DNA of 32,000 bases from Mycobacterium leprae TN (GTDB taxonomy: Bacteria > Actinomycetota > Actinomycetes > Mycobacteriales > Mycobacteriaceae): NCBI RefSeq assembly GCF_000195855.1, contig NC_002677.1, positions 3,210,001 to 3,242,000 on the forward strand, given 5' to 3'. Both the position numbers and the translations under genes were made by a program. Positions within the stretch are counted from its first letter, which is position 1. The number at the start of each line of letters is the position of its first letter. Positions 11,591 through 20,313 of the stretch are shown here, in pieces. A model generated the notes under the pieces. That model saw nothing but the letters and a program-made list of their open reading frames with translations. It was not told where the DNA came from and did not search any database.

Positions 11591-11632
11591 ATATAATATA
11601 TATAATATTTAGATAATATATATATATATATA
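11591..11632. repeat. AT-only low-complexity tract with dinucleotide microsatellites, (AT)4A at 11596-11604 and (AT)8A at 11616-11632
   Basis: Direct reading gives atataatatatataatatttagataatatatatatatatata. It lies in the 119-bp divergent intergenic region between the hydrolase relic (ATG at 11575, -) and the TetR gene (ATG at 11695, +). Confidence 0.9.
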
Positions 11633-11669
11633 GGTGCCTCTCCAATTCGAGATACTGTTGCAGACAGCT

Positions 11670-11688
11670 TGTTTGTAACTTACAAACA
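11670..11688. promoter_or_regulatory. candidate TetR operator: perfect 19-bp palindrome TGTTTGTAA-C-TTACAAACA
   Basis: The 9-bp arms are exactly complementary around a single central C. The palindrome ends 6 nt before the TetR ATG (11695), inside the divergent promoter region. This is the classic geometry for TetR-family auto-operators. Confidence 0.5.
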
Positions 11689-11694
11689 GATTGT

Positions 11695-12310
11695 ATGGAA
11701 AGCCAGAGGCGTACCCAGGAAGAGCGCTCCACAGCCACCCGTGATGCGCTGACTTTAGCTCGGCACAGGCTGTGGAGACTACGGGGTTACGCGGAAGTGG
11801 GCACGCCCGAGATAGCCAAAGAAGCGGACACCACCCGAGGAGCGGTCTACCACCAATTTACCGACAAGGCCGCACTATTCCGCGATGTCGTTGAGACGGT
11901 AGAGCAGGATGCGATGGCCCAAATAGCCTCCGTAGTGGCCTCGTCAGGAGCCAAAACCCCCGTGGACGCGATCCGGGCCAAGGTCGACGCATGGCTCGAG
12001 GGCCTGGCCGATCCACAGGTGCGTCAATTGATCCTGCTGTATGCACCCAGTGTGCTCGGCTGGGCGGCCTTCCGCGACGTCGCGCAACACTACAGCCTGG
12101 GCATGACCGAACAACAGTTGCTCAGCGAGGCCAGCCGGGCGAGGCAGTTGGCGCAGCCGCTGGACCACGTGCTGATCGGCAAGCTCTACGAGTCGGCCAT
12201 GGCCATACGACGCCACCACCGACTACCCGAAGCGAGCCCAGCGAGGAACCAGACAGGTGCTGCACCGACTCATCGAGAGCATGTTGCACGACCCAGCTGC
12301 GAGGCACTGA
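11695..12310 (+). pseudogene. TetR-family transcriptional regulator with a C-terminal frameshift
   Basis: The N-terminal HTH reads RRTQEERSTATRDALTLARHRLWRLRGYAEVGTPEIAKEADTTRGAVYHQFTDKAALFRDV. After ...HVLIGKLYESAMAI (about 12205) the reading frame turns into an Arg/His/Ser-rich tail. The +1 frame instead reads TTDYPKRAQRGTRQVLHRLIESMLHDPAARH* (stop at 12308-12310), which looks like the authentic TetR C-terminus. The 236-aa ORF in the track (to 12405) is therefore probably a frameshift artefact. Confidence 0.55.
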
Positions 12311-12419
12311 CCCGGCACATACGTCATCGCTCCACCAGGACTCGTAGTCACAGAGGCAAGCGTGGCGAACTGTTACCACGCGCTGCGACGAGTTCGCTCT
12401 TGTGATGAGATCGGCGGCT

Positions 12420-15404
12420 ATGAACATCAAGGTCACGCTGGAGCACCGCACTAGCTACACCTTTAACCGGCTGGTCCAGGTGTGTCCGCATGTCGTTCGG
12501 GTACACCTGGCACCACACTCACGCCCGCCTATCGAGGCCCACTCGCTGCAGATCGAGCCAGCCGGCCACTTCATCAACTGTCAGCAAGACACGCTAGGCA
12601 ACGGCTTGACCCGACTGGTCTTGCCGAATCCTATGCGCCGACGGAGCATAGGATTCGGGCTCATCACCAACCTCAAGATGATCAGCCCGTTCGACTGCTA
12701 TATCGAAAACTGGGCCGAGACGTGGCCTGCCACGGCCAGGTCAGGACCGACATTCACCTATCCCGAAGCGCTAGCCGAGGACCTCAAGCCTTACCTGCGG
12801 CCCGTCGACGAAGCAGGCAACCGATTCGTCGACAATGAGCTAGTGTGGGCATGGATTCGCAACTTCCCGGTGCCAGATGGCATCCGAACCATCAACTTCA
12901 TCAACTTCCTGGTCGCGTTCAATCAAGCGATGAACGCCGAGGTCAGCGATATCGTGTGCATGGAACACGGTGTCCCGACAACGGATTTCACGCTGCGCAC
13001 CGGCATCAGCTCGTGTCGGGACTCGGCATGGTTATTGGTATCGATTTTATGGCAGATGAGATTAACCGCCTGGGTTGTGTCCAGCTCAGCTACCTCGTAC
13101 AACTGCCCTCCGATATCGAGGCACTCAACGAGCCATCGGGGCCTGCCACCGAATTCACCTACTTGCACGCCTGGACCGAAGTGTCCATCCCCTGTACGGG
13201 CAAAATCAGGCTGGACCCGATCTCGGGGCTGTTCGCCAACGAGGTCCGCATACCGTTGGCAACCACACCACATACTGCGTCGGCAGCGCCGACCAACGGC
13301 TCAACCGACCCGTGCGAAGCGGTGCTGGACTTCCCTAACATTGTCCACCCAGGTCCAAGAAGACCCGCACATCACGCTGCCTTACTCCGACGTGGCGTGG
13401 CACGCGATCTGCGCGATAGGCCAGCACGGCTACCAACGGCTGACCGTCGGCGGGAAGCCGACAGTCGTCTTGGTGAACATCCACCCGAACAAGGGCCGCA
13501 AAGAGTGGACGATGGTCGCCAAAAGCCCGTCTAAGCGCCAGCCGGCATCCGATCTTACTGCCCGGCTGAAGGCCGCCTGGGCGCCGCAGGGGCTGATCCA
13601 TTTCAGACAGGGCCAGTGGTATACGGGAGAGCCGTTGCCGCAATGGCAGATTACACTGTATTGGCGCACCAAAGGACAGCCACTATGGACCAACGATGCA
13701 CTGCTGACTGATACCTGGAAAGCCGGTCCAAGCGAACGAAACAAGACAACCCTTGAAGATAGCGAGCTAGCCCACAAGGTGCTAGCCCAGGCAGCTGACG
13801 GTCTCGGGTTACCACTCACACAAATGCGGGCAGCATACAAGGATACGCTGCGCCGTCTAGCAGCTAAAGTGCGGATTCCGAGCGGCGCCCCAGTGCAATT
13901 AAGTGACGACCGCGGCCCCACTACCCCGGACAGCGCCGTCAACCGTGTCGCACTGCTTACGCGTCTCGAGGAATCAGTCACCTTGCCGGACGCGTATATG
14001 CTGTCGCTGCACAGCCGTGACGACAACCTCAGCTGGGTCCAAGCAACCTTGCAGCTGCACCGCGGCTGCATTGTGCTGATCGAGGACGCTTCGCTGGCAG
14101 GCTTGCTGCTGCCGCTGGATTCGATCAGCTGGCCACGACCGCATGTGTCGTTTTACCTCGATCCGATGACCTTCTGGCGCGCGTGGTCGGCGGAACCCAA
14201 CACCGCCGCAGCTGTGCTCGAGAACCCCGACTCCGCACCGCCTACCGCGATGGTGGCCGAAATTCGCGGTGAGTTTCTGTCTATTTTCCTATCGCCTACC
14301 GAAACGCTCAAACACTTCGTCAGTCTAGTCTCCGGAGGCGAGACCGCTGCCGCGAACATTGGCTGCCCAGTCGTGATCGAGGGTTACGGGCTGCCGACGG
14401 ACCTGCGGCTGAAGTCGATGTGCGTCAAGCCAGGGCAAGTCGCGGCCGCTGCCAGCTTTGCTGCAGAACGCCAGCAGTTGGAAACCTTTTATGCACAGGC
14501 AGGAATGGCTCGGTTGTCGACGGAGTCGTTTGACGACAGCGGCGCACACGGCAGAACCGGCGGCAATAACCACATCACACTCGGCGACGTCACACCGCTA
14601 CGGCGTCACCCCGATCTGTTGGTCTCGCTGCTGACCTGCTGGCAACGACACCCTTCGCGATCCTACCGGTTTGCGGGGCAATTCGTTGGCCCCATATCGC
14701 AGGCACCGCAAGTTGACGAGGTGCGCGCGTTTCGGCACCTGGTTGTCGATATCACCGGTAACATCCACCACGCCGAGTTTTGCATCGACAAGCTTCACAG
14801 CCACGATAACACCCACGGCAGGCTCAGTCTGTTAGAGTTACGTGGCTTTGCGATGCCGCTGTACCTGCAAATGGTGATAGTGCGTTGGCTGCTGGTTCGC
14901 TCGCTGGTGGCGTGGTTTTGGGAGGAACCGCTGCGCGCCTCAGTGATACGCCACGGCACCAATCTGCACGGCCGATACCTGTTTCCCCACTTCGTTAGCC
15001 ATGATATGGCTGCCATAGCAACCAGCCTGCGTGAACACGGCCTCGCTTTCGAGACCAACTGGCTGTACCCGTTCATCGAATTCCGCTTACCGCGCCTCGG
15101 CACTTCTGTCTTCCACGGTGTGGAGATCGAGTTACGGAACGCGATCGAACCGTGGACTACGTTCGGCGAGAAGTCCACCGTAACCTCGCGCGGTGGCTGC
15201 ACTTATCACGCCAGCCACACCGGGTCAAAAGCAATCAACACTGGCAGCACCCTCGAAGCCCAGGCACGCTGGAGCCGTCGCTTTGAAGCCACCGGTTTCA
15301 TCCCAAGCAAAATTACTATGTCCTGCATCCGGAAAAGCAAGTCAGTATCTCCACCGACATCGACGCGCCTAGCATCCTCAACCTCAGACGCGTCCGCACC
15401 GTGA
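12420..15404 (+). pseudogene. large transglutaminase-family protein (Bact_transglu_N + transglutaminase core + DUF2126-type C-terminal region; Rv2566-like), frameshifted
   Basis: The N-terminus is MNIKVTLEHRTSYTFNRLVQVCPHVVRVHLAPHSRPPIEAHSLQIEPAGHFINCQQDTLGN. The catalytic-Cys motif GISSCRDSAWLLVSIL is in the main frame. The rest of the core, YLVQLPSDIEALNEPSGPATEFTYLHAWTEVSIPCTGKIRLDPISGLFANEVRIPLATTPHTASAAP, is readable only in another frame (about 13090-13350). The main frame resumes at QVQEDPHITLPYSDVAWHAICAIG. Downstream DUF2126-like motifs are GRTGGNNHITLG, RHPDLLVSLLTCWQRHPSRSYRFAGQFVGPISQAPQVDE, ITGNIHHAEFCIDKL, and LLELRGFAMP. It is about 145 codons shorter than the roughly 1140-aa Mtb protein as I remember it. 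Confidence 0.75.
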
Positions 15405-18082
15405 TACGGTATATGGTATCCACAGAAATGGCACTGAGCAACAGTGCATCGTCCTCGGCGCGTTTCAATCACTCTGACGCCGACCGACTGCTAGACGGGT
15501 ACCGCGCCGCCCGCGCCCAGAAAGTTCTGTTCGACCTACACTCTGCCGGCACGGCCGGCCCGGGAATCGGCTACGATGAATTCGTCGACGACTCTGGCTA
15601 CGTGCGACCTAGCTGGACCGAGTTGGCGGATGCGATCGGCGGCCGAGGTCGGGCCGGACTGCATCAATTGCGTTCGGTGATGCACCGACTAATCTACAAC
15701 GATGGCATTACCTACACCGGGATCGACCCAGGAGCGCTCACCAATGACCACGGTGTGGTGCCGGGGCTCTGGCGGCTAGACTCGTTGCCGCTGTTGGTCT
15801 CTGCGACCGATTGGGAGGTATTAGAAGCCGGGCTGATTCAGCGCTCACGCCTACTCGATGCCGTACTCACAGACCTGTACGGGCCACGCCGCTTGCTAAC
15901 CGACGGCGTGCTGCCGCCAGAACTGCTGTTCGGCCACCCTGGCTACGTGCGTACCGACCACGGCATCGAGGTTCCTGGGCATCACCAGCTCTTCATGCAC
16001 GGCTGTGACCTCAGCCGGTTGCCAGACGGCGGGTTCCAGATCAACGCCGACTGGACGCAAGCGCCCTCGGGGGCCGGATATGCGCTGGCGGACCGACGTG
16101 TGGTCGCACAAGCACTTCCTGACCTCTACGAAACGATCGGGCCGCGACCGACTACACCGTTTGCTCAAGCACTGCGGTTGGCACTGATAGACGCAGCACC
16201 CGAGGTCGCTCAGGACCCAGTAGTTGTAGTGCTGAGCCCGGGAATTTACTCAGAAACCGCCTTCGATCAAGCGTATCTCGCAACTTTGCTGGGTTTCCAA
16301 CTGGTAGAAAGCTCGGATTTAGTGGTGTGCGACGGCAAGGTGTGGATGCGTTCCTTGGGCACACTTAAACGCGTCGACGTGGTACTGCGCCGCGTCGACG
16401 CGGACTATATGGACCCCCTGGATCTTCGTGCCGATTCGCTGTTAGGCGTGGCCGGTTTGGTGGAGGCACAACATCGCGGAACGGTGACCGTTGTTAACAC
16501 ACTAGGCAGCGGCATTCTAGAAAGCGCAGGGCTACTGCGGTTCTTGCCCCAACTCTCCGAGCGTTTACTCGGAGAAACCCTATTGCTGCCCAGCGCACCC
16601 GTCTACTGGGCAGGAATCGACAGCGAACGCTTGCACCTGCTGACGAATTTGTCGTCGCTATTAATCAAATCCACCGTAGGCGGAAAAACCATTGTAGGAC
16701 CATCACTTTCGTCCGGACAACTGACTGAAATGGCTGCTCGAATCGCAGCTAAGCCGTGGCAGTGGGTAGGCCAAGAACTGCCGCAATTCTCAACTGCACC
16801 CACAGATCATGATGGCGTGTTGTCACCGGCTAGCATCGGTATGCGAGTGTTCACGGTTGCCCAACGCAGCGGCTATGCACCGATGATCGGCGGTCTAGGG
16901 TATGCCCTGGCATCTGGAATTGATGCCTACTCTCTGAAAAAAGTTGCAGCAAAAGATATTTGGGTTCTTCCAACGGAGCGCGCACGCACCGAGGCGATAA
17001 CCCATTCATTATTGGAGTCGCCGCCAATGACGGGAACAGGCACCTTGGGGGTGAGCTCGCCGCGGGTACTGTCCGACCTGTTTTGGATGGGGCGCTATGG
17101 TGAGCGCGCCGAAAACATGGCACGGTTGCTCATTGTCACCCGCGAGCACTACCACGATTCCCGGCACCGCCAGAACACGGAAGAAAACGCGTGCTTGCCG
17201 GTGCTGATAGCGGCGCTTGGTAAGATCACCGGGACCGACACCGGATCCGGTGGTCAGGCTGACGTGATAGCCGTTGCGCCCTCGACATTGTGGTCGCTCA
17301 CTACCGACCGTAATCTGCCAGGGTCTCTGGTGCAGTCGGTGGACGGGCTAGTATTGGCAGCAAGAGCGGTGCGCGCCCAATTGTCCCGCGACACCTGGAT
17401 GGTGCTCAGTGAAGTAGAGCGCGCTATGGTGCACGAGACCGAGCCGCCGGAGTCGTTGGTCGAGGGCGACGCCCTGCTGGCGTCGGTGCAAGCACGGACA
17501 CTTGCTGGCATGCTGACACTGTCCGGATTAGCCGGTGAATCGATGGTGCGTGATATCGGCTGGACCATAATGGACATCGGAAAGCGCATCGAACGCGGGC
17601 TGGCGTTGACCGCCTTACTGCATGCCACGCTTACCGACGTCCGTAGCCCCGCGGCTGAGCACAGCATCATCGAGTCAATCCTGGTAATTTGTGAGTCATC
17701 GGTCATCTACCAGCGCCGCACGGTAAGCACGATCGATGTTGCCGTTGTCGCTGAGCTCATGCTGTTCGACGCGACGAACCCGCGGTCACTGGTGTATCAA
17801 CTGGATCGGTTACGCGTCGATCTCGCTGACCTTCCGGGCTCGTCGAGGTCATCACTCCCGGAGCGGATGGTGGCCGAGATGAGCACCCGGCTGCGCCGGT
17901 CCGCTCCCGCTCAGCTGAAAGAGGTCAGTGCCGACGGGCGCCGCTATGTGCTGGCTGAGCTACTCGCCGCGGTCGACACCGCGTTGCGTGACTTGGCCGA
18001 CGCGATCACCGCAACCCAATTGGCGGTGCCCTGCGGCATGCAACCACTATGGGGGCCTGACAATCGACAAACCATGTCGTAA
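15401..18082 (+). CDS. circularly permuted ATP-grasp (type 2) + alpha-E domain fusion protein (Rv2567-like), apparently intact
   Basis: Uninterrupted 893-aa ORF. ATP-grasp-like motifs include GITYTGIDPG...WRLDSLPLLVSATDWEVLEAGLIQRSRLLDAVLTDLYG, VVVVLSPGIYSETAFDQAYLATLLGFQLVESSDLVV.DGKVWMRSLGTLKRVDVVLRRVDADYMDPLDLRADSLLGVAGLVEA, and KDIWVL. The alpha-E start is VLSDLFWMGRYGERAENMARLL. The GTG start overlaps the upstream stop (GTGA at 15401-15404). In-frame ATGs at 15413 and 15428 are alternative starts. Confidence 0.85.
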   Translation: MIRYMVSTEMALSNSASSSARFNHSDADRLLDGYRAARAQKVLFDLHSAGTAGPGIGYDEFVDDSGYVRPSWTELADAIGGRGRAGLHQLRSVMHRLIYNDGITYTGIDPGALTNDHGVVPGLWRLDSLPLLVSATDWEVLEAGLIQRSRLLDAVLTDLYGPRRLLTDGVLPPELLFGHPGYVRTDHGIEVPGHHQLFMHGCDLSRLPDGGFQINADWTQAPSGAGYALADRRVVAQALPDLYETIGPRPTTPFAQALRLALIDAAPEVAQDPVVVVLSPGIYSETAFDQAYLATLLGFQLVESSDLVVCDGKVWMRSLGTLKRVDVVLRRVDADYMDPLDLRADSLLGVAGLVEAQHRGTVTVVNTLGSGILESAGLLRFLPQLSERLLGETLLLPSAPVYWAGIDSERLHLLTNLSSLLIKSTVGGKTIVGPSLSSGQLTEMAARIAAKPWQWVGQELPQFSTAPTDHDGVLSPASIGMRVFTVAQRSGYAPMIGGLGYALASGIDAYSLKKVAAKDIWVLPTERARTEAITHSLLESPPMTGTGTLGVSSPRVLSDLFWMGRYGERAENMARLLIVTREHYHDSRHRQNTEENACLPVLIAALGKITGTDTGSGGQADVIAVAPSTLWSLTTDRNLPGSLVQSVDGLVLAARAVRAQLSRDTWMVLSEVERAMVHETEPPESLVEGDALLASVQARTLAGMLTLSGLAGESMVRDIGWTIMDIGKRIERGLALTALLHATLTDVRSPAAEHSIIESILVICESSVIYQRRTVSTIDVAVVAELMLFDATNPRSLVYQLDRLRVDLADLPGSSRSSLPERMVAEMSTRLRRSAPAQLKEVSADGRRYVLAELLAAVDTALRDLADAITATQLAVPCGMQPLWGPDNRQTMS

Positions 18083-18089
18083 CCAGCAT

Positions 18090-18410
18090 GCTCAACCAAA
18101 AGCTTTGGCCGCTAAGCAATCTCATCCCCTAGCTAAGAAGGGAGGCACCTGGTTAACCACAGCATTGGTCCTGGCCGGCAGCGACCCCGCGTACAGTTGC
18201 AAAACCCCTCGCTGTGTGTGAGCTCCGGCCTGGACTCATCCAACAACGCGTTGCCAACATCAGTGAGTTGGATCGAGCAGCGGGACCGATCGATGAGATT
18301 CTTTTCAGGTGGCGTTCCAGCTTTCGAATCTGCTGGCTCAGCGGTGGTTGGGTGGTGTGGAGTCGCCCGGCGACCGCGGTTACGGAGTAACGCAACTCTG
18401 GATCTTTCAT
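18090..18410 (-). pseudogene. LysR-family regulator, N-terminal HTH fragment only (frameshifted and truncated)
   Basis: From the ATG at 18410 the translation is MKDPELRYSVTAVAGRLHTTQPPLSQQIRKLERHL, which fits the LysR HTH pattern (LRYFvavAeelhft.AA.rLh.sQPaLS.qIr.LE..LG). It continues in another frame as IQLTDVGNALLDESRPEL (the LT.aG..ll..ar.il pattern). The effector-binding domain is absent because the relic runs into the 3' end of the 893-aa gene. Confidence 0.5.
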
Positions 18411-18556
18411 AGAAAGGATATAATAAAGTGTACAGATATGTCTTAGACAGTGATGGTGTGGCAAAATTAATTTTCACAACGAGGCTAGATCTACTGAGAA
18501 AGGCATCCAGTAACCGCTACGACCACTAAAGAGCTCGATCTCGTCAAAGTATTACT

Positions 18557-19350
18557 GTGACCAATAGCGATGACTTGTCGGTGGTGCTAACTACGTCGGA
18601 GCACGTCGCTGCGGCCTTGGAGATATTTGGCCGGAGACCCAAAAGAACTAGTGGCGCGCATTTCACCACGATGGGCAACCGGACGGGTGAGTTGCTGGCC
18701 GTCAACATGGTACTTGCAATTTGCAAGCCCGAATATGTACCGGTATTGTGGAGGTCCGTTCTTGTACTTACCGATGCTCGGTTCAATTGTAACACCATTA
18801 AGGCTACCACTCATGTCGTCGCACATCTAGTTGTGGTCAATGGCGCCGTAGTCCGCTGGATTGGGATGAACGCTGGCGGCAACGTGGTTGGTTCGGGTAA
18901 TTGTTCCAGCGCCACCATCGGCCGCGCGCTTCGACTGATCTTGCTCATCGTAGGCGGAGGCATTCCGACTAAATTTGACAAGAGCACCCTCGACACACAT
19001 TCTACAGCTCCGAGAACGAAGAGATTAACCCGCGGACGCCGTATCGCGTCGAACATCGACGTACAGCACCCGGCGGTGATAGATGCCGAGGCACCGCAGA
19101 GCGTGAGCAAAGTACATTTCGGATGACTCCCAAGGAATATTGCGTTTCATTGTCTCGGCACCGAGCATCATCGCGTCCTTCGGTTGGTCCCACGACGAAG
19201 TTCGTAGCTACCTGTGGCTCAACGGCACCAGCGAATGGGACGACGTCAGTTACGACAATCGTTATGTCCTTCTCGAAGGACGCACCTATAATCACAATAT
19301 TACGAAGATGATGTACGACGCAAGTTTAGCAGACAAGTGTCAATCGTCTT
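18557..19350 (+). pseudogene. conserved-hypothetical gene relic, divergent from the LysR fragment; family not recognised
   Basis: The 189-aa ORF has a protein-like stretch: ELLAVNMVLAICKPEYVPVLWRSVLVLTDARFNCNTIKATTHVVAHLVVVNGAVVRWIGMNAGGNVVGSGNCSSATIGRALRLILLIVGGGIPTKFDKSTL. A plausible continuation lies in a different frame (19140-19330: APSIIASFGWSHDEVRSYLWL). The frame switching implies decay. I cannot name the family. Confidence 0.3.
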
Positions 19351-20313
19351 TATTCCTTACGATATACATCTGTTCGCGGTTAACAGAGCCGCTGGTCGAT
19401 ACTCGGCGTTCCTGCCGAGGTGGATGTATCGCGACCACACCGGTACTGCGCGCCATTAAAGATAACCAAAAAAATTGTTACCAGCAGCGTGGTAATCCAC
19501 GAACTTACCTGCTTTAACGGCACCTGCCAGTTCTAATATCCACCCATGAAATAGAGTGACAGATGACAGATGTTATCTAGCACCTCTGCGGCGTAATCGA
19601 GATAGCAACCACCTCTGCGACGTCCTGCTCCTACAGCACCAGGGGTCTATGCCTTGGGAGTACTGAAACATCAAGCGGAATGTACTCTCCTTCTTCCGAC
19701 GGCTGTTTGTTGTGTATTGTCCCGCTCGAGCGGGCTTCTATCTGCACCGCACTTCTTATGCACACCGCAGATTTGACGCGTATAATCCACTGAATACACC
19801 TGTTGTCAGCATACGATGTTGCAACTCATTTTTCGTAGAAGTGTCGTAGTCATTGGATCGAATGATCAACTATAGATATAGAATTCTGAATATGCGAGAT
19901 CGATAACCTTTGATTATCGGTAATAATCTTGCATCTGCATGACTTTAGTCAAGAGTGGGATTATAGTTATTTTCGCTATACGTAAAGAAGAGTGCACTGG
20001 GCGGCAATAATCTGTTACGCGGTGCGTTGCATAACTTTGCGGAAGGTTGTAGCGGTCTATCGGTTCCTCTCTTCGACTGAGAGCTCGTCTGTCTTGAAAT
20101 TTAAATTATAGTGACTGTAAGGTTTAAAACACGCCCTTGAGGAAACCGGTTGAATAGGTTCTGTTAGCTCGGCACGGCGTTGTGATACTCTTCGTTAACC
20201 ATGATCCATCCTAATATGTCAATAATACTATTTATCTTATCTAGACTAATTAGGTTGCCAACAGATCACTGCACTTTTGTCAATCTTCGCGGCACCTCGA
20301 CAACTGATGTCCA

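Noticed and set aside
13085-13352. Programmed ribosomal frameshifting as an explanation for the two frame changes in the transglutaminase gene.
   Set aside because: There is no slippery heptamer or downstream structure at either site. Two opposite shifts would be required. The rest of the gene shows additional apparent deletions, and the genomic context is saturated with ordinary pseudogenes.
19721-19734. Perfect 14-bp palindrome CCCGCTCGAGCGGG, considered as a terminator for dnaB or the adjacent relic.
   Set aside because: It lies about 580 nt beyond the dnaB stop and has no U-tract on either strand. It is short and contains an XhoI-type CTCGAG core, so it is not distinguishable from a chance palindrome.
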